Counted from the first letter of the stretch, positions 41,256 through 55,457 are shown. The stretch is 64,000 nucleotides of DNA from Octopus vulgaris (GCA_951406725.2 OX597831.1:12834001-12898000), one strand, 5' to 3'. The notes: generated from the letters alone by a model not told the origin. Numbers and translations: made by a program.

Positions 41256-41651
41256 CTCTTTACTCTTTTACTTGTTTCAGTCATTTGACAGTGGTAATGC
41301 TGGAGCACTGCCTTTAGTCGAGCAATACAACCCCAGGACTTATTCTTTGTAAGCCTAGTACTTATTTTATTGGTCTCTTTTGCTGAACCACTAAGTTACG
41401 GGGACGTAAACACACCAGCATCAGTTGTCAAGCAATGTTGAGGGTCAAACACAAACACATAAATACACACACATACATATATATACATAGATACGACGGG
41501 CTTCTTTCAGTTTCCTTCTACCAAATCCACTCACAAGGCTTTGGTCGGCCCGAGGCTATAGTAGAAGACACTTGCCCAAGGTGCCATGCAGTGGGACTGA
41601 ACCCAGAACCATGTGGTTGGTAAGCAAGCTAATCTGTGTCACAGCCACTCC
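41256..41651 (-). mobile_element. S1 SINE, near full length
   Basis: Reverse complement of the reference copy. Confidence 0.9.
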
Positions 41652-43155
41652 ACATAACATGAACTGATGAATGGAGTCACAAATATTCCCATCATTTTAA
41701 AATTTGTTTTGAATTCTCTTCACTCTGGCGTCTGTACATCACAGCATGGATCAAGTTCATGTCCTGGAACTTTAAGTAATGTGAAGCCAATTAACATGTT
41801 ATTAAATACTTAAAACTCTAAATGCCACTTGCTTGTGACTTTTATTTTTCCATCTATTCATTCATTCATTCGTACACAAACAACACACATAGATTAAAAA
41901 ACAGTGTTCCTTAAATGAAAAATTGTTATGCATAAAAGAAATATTTAAAAATGCAGCTTAACACAAACCTGATGGAAGGAAGTTTTTGTGTAGGCACTTT
42001 TCACTCTTTACAGTTTTCCTAACATGTATGTATATATGTGTGTGTATGTGTGTGTGTATCATCATTATCATTGTACATCTGCTTTCCATGCTGGCATGAG
42101 CTGGACAGTTTGATCCGGAAAGCCGGAGAGAACCAGGCTCCAATTATCTATATTAGTCTGTTTCTTATGGCTTCCTAATGCTAATTATTTTACTGAGTGT
42201 ACTGGGTGATGTTTTACATGGCACAGCCATGTAGCCATGTGTGTGTGTGTGTGTGTGCACGTGTGTGTGAACGTGTATATACACAGACACACACACACAT
42301 ATACACTATACGGTGTGTGTTTAGAAATTTATAGCTTCATGTATAAAAAATGTTTTTTCTTCTTAAACACCATTGAAACAAATCATGATTTATAACCTGT
42401 AAATCAACTGGTGAAATTTATTTTACATGAATTTATTTCACAGAATTCCATATCATGGCAACGCAGGAACATGGAATCCTTAAAGCAAAGAACGCCAGCA
42501 GAGATTGTTGTTTACCTTCAGGTCAACTTTGACCAAATTGAGAGAGAGAGAGAGAGAGAGAAAGAGAGACCTGTGATCAAATGGCTGAGCTATGATTATC
42601 TGCATTTATTTTTTCCAAACAGTTTATCTAAGATTGCGTCATCCAAAGCACTAACCCTTTTCTTTCTTGTTTTTTTTTAGGGAGATTTAGCTGCTATTTC
42701 AATTTATATTCACTGCTTTCATCCATAGAACTACAAATATTCTACTTCTTTGAGTTGCTTTAGGTAACCTACGATCTCTAAGTCTATTCTATACATGTTT
42801 TTACCACAAGCGCTAATAACAATGCCGATAAAAACAAAAAATCAATAAATCCACATCATGACTTTCCTTCCTCCAAGAGAAAAGTTCAAAGAACGGAACA
42901 AATAAAAGGCTATATTATAACTAAATATATGTTATGTTGCTCTGATATATTATTGTTCTGGGAGGAATGAATAACCTGGCATGGCTTTATTGAAGCCAAA
43001 ATGGTTTGGAGTCTGACATAAAAGATTTGATAACGTCACAACGAGATTCACTTCCCGCATAAATAAACGAATAAGCAAAAAGATGTTGCTGCTGGTTTTT
43101 ATAAACTTTTCACTCATGCAGAAACCATCGAGATTTATAAAATGAATGTGTGTCC

Positions 43156-43188
<33 letters not shown>

Positions 43189-43299
43189 TATATACACACA
43201 GACACAGACATACATGTACATACACATAAATACACACATCCAAACATACATTTATATGCATACAAATACATTTATGCAGTTTTTACTAAGAAGGCTCAG

Positions 43300-43339
<40 letters not shown>

Positions 43340-43599
43340 TACATATGCACACACACATATATATATACATATATATTTACATATATATATATATATTTAC
43401 ATATATATACATACACACACATATATTTACACACACACACAGACATATATATATTTGCACACACACACATACATATATGTACACACACATACATATACAT
43501 GCACACATATATATTACACAAAGACACTTATATGACAAACAGAAAGTATTTCTGACCAGCTACAGTAACAACAACAACAGCAAAAACCACCACATCAGG

Positions 43600-44420
43600 A
43601 GAAGGACAAACATCTACTTAAAAGGAGAGGCTACAGCCACAGACGAGGACATAAAATCTCTCTATCTGAGAAGAAATGATAACGGCTCTAATCTTCCTGT
43701 CAAATGATTAAATACAAAGCTGCAACTTGATCTGAAGCCATTGCTTGATTGCTCTCTTAAAAATAAGCAACACAGATGTGGCAGGTGTTTACCACCCACG
43801 TTGAATCAAGCCTTCATTCCATCATGAAATCTTTCGCTGAGTGTTTTGTCACGTTTGGCTATGGTCAGCCATAGTCTGTAACACATTATAGAGATGTTAC
43901 GTGTCAAGCAATGTGTTGTGTGGAAGTAGGACACCCCTATTGGTTGGCTCCGAATGGACTGTGCCGTAATATAAATGGACATACGCAGAGAGCATTCAGC
44001 AGTGTAAAGTTGAGAGTTGTGTATTGTGAAGGGTTATTGCCAATATCTTGAGTCGAATGATTTGCAAGGACATCATTATTATCCCATTATATTGTATGTT
44101 GAATGTGTGATACAACACAATGATTGAGTCTGATGCTTTTCAAAATGAATAAAGGCCCAGCACAGGGCCAGCCCTATATTCTAAACAGTAAAAGAACCAG
44201 TCGACACCATTAGATGCAAATGAAATTGCATGTGTTACAGCAGTTTTCTTTCTACTAGAGAGATGTCTAAACAAAGATGAGGGGTCTTTCACTTTCAGTT
44301 GTTGGATGGCCATTGACATTAACGAGGTCATCAGCCCTTTAATAGGTTTTGTTCTACATTCTGCAGGGTGTCCTACAAAAACCACTCTCCTCACCAAGCT
44401 AGATTGGTATGATTGCCAGT
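43600..44420 (-). mobile_element. Highly decayed CR1/L2-like reverse transcriptase fragment
   Basis: Remnants LSSRKK, GPVLG (QGSVLGP-like) and a GVLL..HIS segment (DLGV..HI-like) occur in the expected order. Many frameshifts. Confidence 0.55.
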
Positions 44421-46410
44421 CTAGTCACTGACAGCCTGACATTACAAATACACAGTTCACTATGTAGAAACACAAAATGGTAAAGTATAACACTGGAATT
44501 TTAAACCCCAAATATTTTTGGAAAACCAAAGACAATCAACTTTCTGATAAGTTTTAAAAGCCAATTAGTTACCTTGTCAAATTTTATTGTTATAATTTGT
44601 TGGATCTCTTGAATGCCAGACAATATTTGATGGGGTACCGAAAAGATCCTGACTTTGGGTGAAAGAAAATACAGGAGATCAGTTACTTATGATTTTATCC
44701 AACATATTCCCCTCTCAGATTCAGTTTTCCAAGCCCTGTAAAAGAACTCGGAAAGTCGGGCCTTCAACCAAGCCTTTTGCAATAACCTTAAAGCCAGGAA
44801 CTTTTCATTACTCCCTTGTGCAAGAGCAGGGAGTAGTGAAATAACTGACAAACACCCCTGATGGTGCTGCCCCAGCATGGCCGCTATACAAAGACAGAAA
44901 GAGAGAGCCTGCAAGCAGATATTTCTAGGTATGTTTCATCTGTTCAAAGCGATTGTTTCCCTCCAAACAGATGGATTCGTTTAAAAAAAAAAGCTGACTT
45001 TTTGTAATCCCCATTACCAACATTTTTACATCCACTTTTCCATGCTTGCATGGGTCAGACAGAATTTGTTGGTGGAGATTTTCTATGTCCAGATGCCTTT
45101 TCTGTCACCAACCTTGCCCCTTTTTTTCCTAGCAAGGTAATATTTCTCCCTGACCAGACATGTTCTCACAAAAGATTGCAAATGAACAACATCTCATGAT
45201 TAATAATGACGCTCATTAACAGCAAATTAAAATTTTCTTTAGAGAAATATAATATCATTATGAATTATTAAAAAAATCATTATCTCTCTGGATAATGATT
45301 TTTGAAATTCTAGTGCTTAGAAATTAATTCCACCAATTAAAAATAATAGTAATATTAAGACGATGATCAGGATATGAAAGTGTATAGGACTAATCACACA
45401 ACATCTACAAAGCATCGATATCAGGCTGCGGCTTTGGAACCAAAATGATGGGAGGAAAGAAAACGGTTTATTATGATTTTCAATCAAACAACAACAACAA
45501 CAGCAGCAACAACATCATCATAATCAGCAACATTTAACGTCCGCTTTCCATGGTAGCATGGGTTGGAGAGTTTGACTGAAAACTGGTAAACCAGGATGGG
45601 GGGCGTGGGGGGAGGGGATCCAATCTGATTTGGTAAGGTTTTTACAGCTGCATGTATGTGTGTGTGACTGTCTGTATGTAAGTGTGTGTGTGTGTGTGTG
45701 CATGTATATGTATAAGTGTGAGTAAATGTGTGTGTGTGTCTGTTTGTGTCTATATGTGTGTGAGTGTGTATGAGTTCCTCCTAGCGTGTGGCATTTATGT
45801 ATAGTAATGCCCTCAATATAAATAAATGCATATATATAGATATACATATATATACAAATATTTATATATACATATACATATACGTATATATTGTTGTTGT
45901 TGTGACTCCCTTCGGTCACGAATGACCATGGGAGTGCACCTAGAAAGTTACCCTCCGAGGCACAAGTCTGGGCAAGGTTGTTTATGGAAGACCAGCAGTC
46001 GGCCATGCATACCGGCTTCCCCTCTCCATGCCACCGATGTTATCCAAGGGAAAGGCAATGGGGCCAATATAGCTTAGCACCAGTGACGTCGAAGCTCATT
46101 TATTAACGTGCAAGTGGCTGAGCACTCCAGTGACACGTGTACCCTTAATGTAGTTCTCGGGGAGATTCAGCGTGACACAGTGTGACAAGGTTGGCCCTTT
46201 GAAATACAGGTACAACAAAAACAGGAAGAAAGAGTGTGAGAAAATTGTGGTGAAAGAGTACAGCAGGGTTCACCACCACCTACTGCCGGAGCCTAGGGGA
46301 GCTTTAGGTATTTTCGCTCAATAAACACTCACAAAGTCTGGTCTGGGAATCGAAACCACGATCCTATGACCGTGAGTCCACTGCCCTATATATATATATA
46401 CACACACACA

Positions 46411-46814
46411 CATAATTTATCAATTCATTTTGCAAGACTACTGATATGAAATCGTGTGCTGAAACAGGTATTGTTGTATTTCGGGACGGTCACTCTCTCT
46501 TGTTTTTTTTTTGTTTTTTTCGCCAAATAAACACACACACTATATTTTTTCTTCACTCATTTATTTCGGCTTTTATTTTATTATTCTAACTCATGTCCAT
46601 TGTCCAGAAATCTTTTGTCACACATCTGTGACCTCTTCAGCAACACTTTTTGTTTTCATGTGTGTTTTTACTCCACTTGCTCCATTTTGTTCTAAGAATG
46701 GACCTGAGTTAAAATAATAAAATAAGAACAGTAATAAACGAGTAAAAAAAAAAACATATATATAGTGCGTGTGTTCATTTGGCAAAAAAAAAATGACCAT
46801 CCCGAAATACAACA

Positions 46815-46818
<4 letters not shown>
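46411..46818 (-). mobile_element. Fold-back element family A (Penelope-like) with a degenerate hammerhead
   Basis: Inverted arms at about 46469-46601 and 46697-46817, with a tail on the left. Minus-strand CTGAAGA-G-GTCAC-agatgt-GTGAC-AAAAGATTTC at 46607-46640. Confidence 0.7.
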
Positions 46819-46849
<31 letters not shown>

Positions 46850-48628
46850 AATCTATGTTTGTACCCCACCACTGCTTGACAGCCAATGCTTGAGTGCTTA
46901 CATATCCATAACTTAGCAGTTCGGCAAAATAGACTGATAGAATAAATACCGGGTTTCAAAAAAATTAAGTATTGCAGTTGTTTCATTCATCTAAAATTTT
47001 TTTTAAAGCAGTACCCCAGCATGGCCACAGTCTAATGACTGAAATGTGTATAAGATAAAAGACTGAGGAAATATTATGAAAGTGGTTTTTGGTTTTTCAA
47101 ATAAAAAAAAATAAAAAAGAATTTCTTGGAAAACAAAAAAAAAATCTAGTGAAATATGGCGTATATCTTGATTCTGTTGACATTTGATTTATTGGTTTGT
47201 TGATAAATATTTTTAGATAGGAAACGTGAAAATGGTAAAAAAAAATAAATAATAATCAAGATGTAAGAAATGTCATTGAATTGACAACTTCTAAGAATGA
47301 AAATCTTGGAGCAGCATAAAATAATTGAGACAGATGTTGAGGTTTTGGCGTTGGTTGTGTGTGTGTGTGTGTGCGTGTTTCAAAGAATCAAGAGGGCTGG
47401 TCGGTTAGCTGGATGGAAAAGGAAGGAAAATATTTCTTTCCAAAAGGAAAAGAACATTGAAAGATTTCTAATGAAAATAAATACAAAAATAAATAAATAA
47501 ATAATAAATAAAATTAAATTTCAAAGAACTAATGATATTAACCAGAACATATTCTGTATTCTGAGAATGATATAAATTCCTATTCCTATTTGATATAAAT
47601 TCCTGGCAAAGAAAAAAATTGTGAAAGATGTAATATTTGATAAATCTCTAGAAAATAAGGTGGTTTTTTTAATGTTATTTTTTTCAGTGGCAGAGTTGAT
47701 AGAACAGGTAGTGGAATTATTTAGTTATACAGAATAACTTGTCGTATTCTGTATAAGCTCTCTGTGCTTTGAGATCAAATCTCACTGAGGTCAGCTTAGC
47801 CTTCATCCTCCTCGGGTTGATAACAATAAACAACTAGTCAAATTTCTGTATCTCTCTTTCCTCAAATTGGGATATGTTGCACTGTGAGAAGGGTTAAGCA
47901 AGGAACTAGCAATTTCTGTCCACACAGAAAAGCTGAAACCATCCCCAGATGGACCAATGTGCAATATATCATGAGACAAAGCAAGAGAGCAAAAGTTCTA
48001 AGGGCTGAAACACTACCAACTTCTGATCAACACCCCACATCCTGTTGTCACATATAAGGACACATTGAACTCTATAATTTATAATATACAAATAGATGGG
48101 TTGTAAGTGCAGATATGGCTTACAATGACTATGATATATAGAAGGAAGTAGAGGGAGTCGACCAAGAAAGACATGACTAAACCTGATGAAGGCTGAAACG
48201 AGGGTAATGTTGGAAAGGAAAGGGTGTCGAAAAATGAGGCAATATGAAGAAAACTATAATAGGGTCCACAGGGGTTTACTTTTGCCTTGATGGGGAAAAA
48301 CCGGTCTTAAAGTCATGCTGTATGGTAGGATGTAATTTAAGGGAAATATGGAGGTAGGGGACTGGCAAAATGGTTGAAGCACCAGACAAAATGCCTAGTG
48401 GTGTTTGTTTTAGATTTTCATGTTCTGAGTTCAAAACCAGCAAGGGTCAACTCTGCCTTTCATCATTCAAAGGAAGACAAAATAAGAGCTAGTTAAGTAC
48501 CAGAATTTGTTTAATTGAAACTGCCAATCTAAGCTATTATGAAATGGGTTAGCTTGGTGGGCAATTCCACAACAGATGAAGAGGCTGAAAGAAGCATCCT
48601 GCTGTCACATCAGTATTATCTGTTAAAC

Positions 48629-48832
48629 TGCAGCACGGAATTTTGTCAGTGAACAGGTCATGGTCTCAAAGCAACGAAGATATTTTGACAAATTAAAATT
48701 AAATGTTGAAGTGAATCTAACGGCTTTTGTGTGTGTTTTAAATGGCTTATAAATACCTCTTATGCTGCAATTGTTCTTGTTTCAGCACATAATCTCAGAT
48801 CAAGTCACTTGCTAAGCAAGTACATCTCCGTA
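48629..48832 (+). mobile_element. Solo arm plus tail of family B
   Basis: Aligns with 57799-57995 and retains TTTGTCA-GTGAACA..TGACAAA. Confidence 0.8.
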
Positions 48833-49194
48833 AGACCTATAAACCCAACATAACTGCTAACACACTACACATTCATATCCTGTCATTCACTCATACATTC
48901 TTTCTCTAACACAGTGGTTACTAGTGGTTACCATATCAATTAAAGAAATATACATAAAAGAAAGAGGAGTGGTTTGAGGGAGAATTGATTGCTATTTCTG
49001 GCAATTCAAGGACCCACATAAAGACTCTCTCCTTTTGTTGTTAATGTTTACTCTCAAATAAATCAAAGGTATTCCAGCTATGCCCTTCATGCTTTTTTTC
49101 TCTCTTTTTAAAGTCAATAGATTATGATACAAAGGAAACTAGGTAGTTTTTTCTGGCAGGTCAAACAACCACATAGAGACTTCTTTGTTAACTC

Positions 49195-50520
49195 ATCTAC
49201 TGCATATCTGTTGCATATCAGCTGTATATCAGTGTGTACATATCTATGACATATTTATGAATGCACATTTGCTATATCGGAGACCACCTTCGGTCACGAC
49301 ACAGACAATGGGATTGCACCTAGAAAGTTACCCTCCTAGACACAAGTCCGGGCGAGGTTGTTTATGGAAGACCAGCAGTCACCCATGCATACCAGCCTCC
49401 TCTCTCCACACCACTGATGTTATCCAAGGGAAAGACAAAGGTCGATACAGCTTGGCACCTGTGACGTCGCAACTCATTTCTACAGCTGAGTGAACTGGAG
49501 CAACGTGAAATAAAGTGCCTTGCTCAAGAACACAACACGCAGCCCGGTCCGGGATTTGAGCTCACAACCTCACGATCGTAAGCTCGATGCTCTTACCACT
49601 GAGCCATGTGCCTTCACATTTGCTATATATCTCTTGTATATCTATCTACATGCTTATCTGTTTCATATCTCTCTGTATGCATATCTGCTATATATCCACA
49701 ATTGCATATCTACTGTACAACTATCTATACAACTCTATATCTGCTATATATCTATCCATGACTGCATATCTGCAACACATCTGTCCGTATGCATGTCTTC
49801 TAAATATCAATCTATCACTGCACATCTGCAACATATCTGTCTGTATGCACACCTGCTAAATATCAATCTATCACTGCACATCTGCCGCATATATGTCTGT
49901 ATGCATGTCTGCTAAATATCAATCTATCACTGCAAATCTACCGTATATCTGCAGTATGTATATGTCAGTATTTGCTGATGTCTGCATATATGCCTATGCA
50001 TACATAACTGATACATATCTGCCTATGTCTGTATATCAGCTGCACAGCCGTCAATGTCTGCCATAACTGCCACATATTTCTCTATGCTTGCATATCTTCT
50101 GCATATGCCTATGGCTCTGTATATATAAGCCGGCATATCTACTGCACATCTGTCAGTCAGCATATTTACCAATGTGTGCATATCTGTTGATATTTGTATA
50201 TCTACCGTATATCTGTTTATGCACATATGTTGATGCCTGCATATCTTGCTGCATATATGCTACATATCTGCCTGCGTGTGCAGAACTTTCACATATATCA
50301 TGCCTGCATGTCAACTGCTCATCTGTCAAAATCTGTATGTTCACAACATATCTGTGTCTGCACATACGACCTGTCTACGTGTACATAGCACATCCACCAA
50401 TATCTGTACATTTACTGCATATCTGCATCTGCATATCTGCCTATGTGTGCATAAGTGTTGATTCCGCATCTCTGCTGATGACTGCTTATCTATCAACGTC
50501 TGCATATTGGCTGCACATGT
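49195..50520. repeat. Cryptic degenerate minisatellite built on CTGCATATCT-like units, interrupted by the S4 SINE
   Basis: Dozens of GCATATCTG/ATATCTG variants. A ~56-bp subunit containing TAAATATCAATCTATCACTGCA occurs three times at 49801-49935. Confidence 0.8.
49278..49617 (-). mobile_element. S4 tRNA-derived SINE
   Basis: Minus-strand A box TGGCTCAGTGG and B-box-like GAGCTCAAATCC. 14-bp target duplication CACATTTGCTATAT at 49264-49277 and 49615-49628. Relatives at about 10400-10610, 17866-18010 and 45900-46100. Confidence 0.9.
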
Positions 50521-51159
50521 CTTAAGCAGACTATCAGGCTGCCATCACACCAGTAGGGTTGTTCTACAATGCAATGCTACAAAGAAGAGGATGTTATCAA
50601 TAGCTAACGAATTGTTAAATCGACCAAATCTCTAATTGATTAAGTCATTTACTATCTTCTGCCTATCCATGCTACATCTGTGTGGCTGTGTGGTTAAGAG
50701 GCTTGCTTTGCAAAAACATGGTTTTGGGGTTCAATCTCTTTGGCTGAACTACTAAGCTACTGGGATGTAAACAAACCAGCACTGGTTACAATGTGATAGT
50801 GGTGACAAGATAGGCGATAAAAAAATAAAGACACACACACACACAAATAATGTATACAATGGGCGTGCACACAAATTCTGTCCACCAAATTCCCTCCCAA
50901 GACAGTGGTCAGTTCAGGGCGATAGCAGGAGACGCTTGCCCATATTGCCATGCTGTTAGATTGAACCCCCAAAACCATGTATGCAGTCCCCCAACCACTA
51001 GTTTCATTAGATTTTATTTGACAGAGGGGAAAACAAATAAAAATAAACCTTCAGCAAGTGAGTTCACTAAATCTTTCCCATAGTCTGGTGTAACCTAATT
51101 CCTGAGAATCGGAAAAGAAGGTAGGCAAATTGGCAAATTTAATCAAATTAAGATGGTTT

Positions 51160-51761
51160 CCTATTTTTTTACTGCCCACAGGGGGCTACACAGAGAGGGG
51201 ACAAACAAGAACAGACAAATGGATTAAGTCGATTATATTGACCCCAGTGTGTAGCTGGTATTTATTTAATTGACCCCGAAAGGATGAAAGGCAAAGTCGA
51301 CCTCGGCGGAATTTGAACTCAGAACGTAAAGACAGATGAAATACCTATTTCTTTACTACCCACAAGGGTCTAAACACAGAGGGGACAAACAAGGATAGAC
51401 AAACAGATTAAGTCGATTACATCAACCCCAGTGTGTAATTGGTACTTATTTAATTGACCCTGAAAGGACGAAAGGCAAAGTCAACCTCGGCAGAATTTGA
51501 ACTCAGAACGTAAAGACAGATGAAATACCTATTTCTTTACTACCCACAAGGGTCTAAACACAGAGGGGACAAACAAGGACAGACAAACAGATTAAGTCGA
51601 TTACATCGACCCCAGTGCGTAACTGGTACTTATTTAATTGACCCCAAAAGGACGAAAGGCAAAGTCAACCTCGGCAGAATTTGAACTCAGAACGTAAAGA
51701 CAGACGAAATACCACTAAGCATTTCACCTGGCGTGCTAACGATTCTGCCAGCTCGCCGCCT
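51160..51761 (-). mobile_element. S2 SINE trimer: one full copy and two headless ~184-bp units
   Basis: Identical junction GAAATACCTATTTC at 51338-51351 and 51522-51535. Confidence 0.9.
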
Positions 51762-52942
51762 TCAAAAATAAGATGGATTCCATCATCATTTAGCATCCAC
51801 TTTTCCAATCTTGCAGGGGTCAGGCAGGATTTGTTGAGGTGAATTTGCAATGCATCGATGCACTTCCTTTCACCAACCCTCACTTGTTTCCAAACAACAC
51901 AGAAGTAAAGAAAGAAAAATTATGTGGATTTCTTTATCGCTTAATCTTTTTAACTGCTTCAGCTAAAAGACTGTGGCCATGCTGGGGCACTGCCTTGAAG
52001 AAATTTTAGTCAAATGTATAGACCCCAGTACTGGTTTCTCTTTTTTAAGCGTGATGCTTGTTCTATCAATCTCTTCAGGTGAACCGCCAAGTTACAGGGA
52101 TGTAAACACACCAACACTGGTTGTCAAGTGGTAGCAGAGGACAAACAGACACAAATATACACATGCATTTGTGTGTGTGTGTGTGTGTGTGTATACGATG
52201 GGCTTCTTTCAGTTGGGTCAGTCAGAAGCTATAGTAAAAGACACTTGCCCAAGGAGCCACAAAGTGAGACTGAACCTGGAACCATAGAGTTGGGAGGCAA
52301 GCTTCTTATCACACAGCCATGCTTTAATAAAAAATGAGGTTGAGGAGTAGAGGGGCCACAAATTATATTAATAGGGTTTTAACAATTTGAGAAGCCCATC
52401 AATTAATAATCCCCCTCAAAAATAGGACAGTTTTGCAGATTTTACAATACAAATTATTTATTTTAATTTTAAATACAATAATGTTTGCATTTTTATTAAG
52501 TTTTCATGAATCTCAACCGTTGCATTTTAGCCATTTTACAATATTTTTTTAAAAATAGGGATTTTTTCAGAACTTCCATCCTGTTTATTTTTCTTCTTAT
52601 TTGATCATTTTATCATAATTAATTGTAAAATGAAAATTAAAACTTTATGCTTTAATGGATTTAAATGGTAACTTAATGAGTCACAAGTCAAAAGGGAAGC
52701 CTCTATGCAGTCACTTGCCTGCTAGAAATCACAGTCAAACCCCCTCAAATTTCACTATTATTTTTCAAGTGAAAACATGTTAAAAAGCCAGATATCAATG
52801 TTAAAACAATGATATATATGTGTGTGTATATATATATATATATACACAAACTTACACTTATCAAGTATTCACCCTGAATTTATTGCATATATATATATAT
52901 ATATATATATAAATGTAATGTGTGACAATTATTCGGTAGCCA

Positions 52943-53005
52943 AGATAAAACTCCAAGTTTCGGATGCCAAGGTGGAAATCCACGCCACCATCTCTTCAGT
53001 TATCC
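52943..53005 (-). ncRNA. Type I hammerhead ribozyme motif with canonical core
   Basis: Minus strand reads GGATAA-CTGAAGA-GATG(gtggc GTGG attt CCAC cttgg)CATC-C-GAA-ACT-tgg-AGT-T-TTATCT. Stems I, II and III all pair, and the predicted cleavage triplet is GUU. Confidence 0.75.
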
Positions 53006-55416
53006 GGCCATCGGAAAAACGCTATGTTATCTTACCATTTTTATCAATATATATATATATATAAATACATACATACATACATACACATGTATATATATAT
53101 ATATATACGTGTGAAATGAAGTGTTCTGCTCAAGAACACAACATACCATCCAGTCTAGGAATTGATCCCATGATCTAGTGATCATGAGGGAAATTCCCTA
53201 AACACTAAGCCATATACATAGAGAGGGAGGGAAGAAGGGGGTAGAAGATGGAAGTGAGGCAGTGAGAGAGAGGTGGATGGGTAGGTAGGTATCGCCTTGT
53301 CATAGCCACGGTCCTGTTGATGTAGATCTCACTTTGTAACCTAAGTGGTCAGGAGTTCCTTCTTATTGCATTGCACCTTAGACAAGTATCTTCTACCACA
53401 GCCTAAGGCTCACCAATACATTGTGAGTGGAAATGGTTATACAGAAACTATCAACAAGCCAGTTGCGGCTGTATGTGTATGTTTGCGTGCATGCATGTGT
53501 GTATGTGTTTGTAGGTGAGTGTCAGGTGTGTAAATGTATTCATTAAACATTGTAATAATGAAGGAATACAGCAAAAAAATGATGACATTTGTTGACATTT
53601 CCTGTTGACATACTCTGTTGACATTCCATTATCCTCCAGCTCAGCACTTTTGGGGTCAAGTGGAATGAGAAATAACTTTTACTTGAAAAACAGGTAAGCA
53701 ATAGAGACAGGAAGACCGGTTCCAACTCTAAAACAAAGCCTCAATAATATAATAATATATTTATTGAACGGATGTAACCATGGACACATATCTACAATAA
53801 AAGAATCATCATCATCGTCATTTAACATCCACTTTCCATGCTGGCATGGGTTGGACGGTTCGACTGATGACTGGTAAGCCAGGAGGCTGCACAGTGGAGT
53901 TACATGGCCTAGGGGTTAGAGCAGCGGACTCGCGGGTTCAAATCTCAGACCAGGCGATGTGTGTGTTTATGAGCGAAACACCTAATCTCCACGCGGCTCC
54001 AGCAGAAGGTAATGGCGAAACTTCTGCTGACTCTTTAGCCACAATTTTCTCTCACTCTTTCCTCCTGCATCTTGCAGCTCACCTTCGACAGACCGGCATC
54101 CCGTCCAAGTGGGGAACCTATACGTCAAGGAAACCGGCCCTTATGAGCCAGGCACGGCTCAAGAAGGAACAAATAAAACAAACAGGAGACTGCACCAGTC
54201 CCCACCCAACCTGATTTGGCAATATTTCTACAGCTGGATGCCCTTCCTAACACCAACCACTCCAAGTGTGTGGTGTGTACCTTTTATGTGCTACTGGCAC
54301 GGGGGCCAGTCAGGCGGCACTGGCATCGGCCATTACACATATATATCATCATCATCATCATCAGCATTATCAAGTCAGGCAATTTTCGCAGACAAATACA
54401 ACTCCTCCATGCCAAATGTCCTGATTGAGTGATGCAGCATGAACATCTGGCCCAGGGTTTCAGTCACATTGGTCTTTTGCTAGCTGAAACATCTCATCTG
54501 TGCTCACCACTGAACTGGCTGATCCTGACTCATGACAAATTGTTGTCTGTTCATCTGCTCAGCATTTACTAATATTCGTCGTGCCACCTGACTGGCTCCT
54601 GCACTGGTGGCACATAAAAAGCACCATTCAAGCGTGGTCGTTGCCAGTGCTGCCTGACTGGCCCTAGTGACGGTGGCACATAAAAAGCACCCACTGTACT
54701 CTCAGAGTAGTTGGCATTAGGAAGGGCATCCAGCTGTAGAAACTTTACCAGATCAGATTGGAGCCTGGTGCAGCCTCTTGGCTTGCCAGTCCTCAGTTGA
54801 ACCATCCAACCCATGCCAGCATGGAAAGTGGACATTAAACGACGATGATGATGATGGTGATGATGACAACATTATTTCCAATATCTCTTTATAAGACAAC
54901 AAAGTATAACTTGAAGGAGGTTTGGTTGTTATTTCTAGCAATAAAAAGTAAGTCGTTAAGGTATGCATTAGATAAGCTAGAAACCAGGATCTTTACAACT
55001 CCTCATAGCATTAAAACACACTGATTCTTTAAATAGGATCCAAACCTCTGAGATTTCCTAATTCCTTAAAATTATCTCAATTTCTTGGAGAATTGCTGAT
55101 AATCACTGCTAATTATTTATTAGTTATTTGCTTATTTTTGTTGCATTTTCTTGTTCCTACTAAGAAGGAAAATTTCAAATAATTAACTCTAAGATTTTTT
55201 TTTTATATCTTCTTAGTTGTGGTTGTGGTTGTTGTTGTTGTTGTTATGTTAGCAGATGAGATTCAGAACATCATCCTTTGATTTAATTAACTGAAGTTCA
55301 TGCCACTGGTTCATGTGAGTTACTTTTGGCATTAAGGGAGTAGGAGAGGAGCAGAGACCAGGAAGGGGAGAAGAGGGATGAGGAGGAGAAAGTGAGAGAG
55401 TGAGAGTAAGACAGAG

Positions 55417-55457
<41 letters not shown>

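Noticed and set aside
42445-42525. Possible exon (TTTCACAG acceptor, ATG GCA ACG CAG..., CAG|GTCAAC)
   Set aside because: The donor is weak, the peptide is unrecognisable, and no partner exons were found.
48183-48210. CTGATGA-AGGCT-GAAAC hammerhead-like words
   Set aside because: Only 5 nt are available for stem II, and no convincing stem I or III can be formed.
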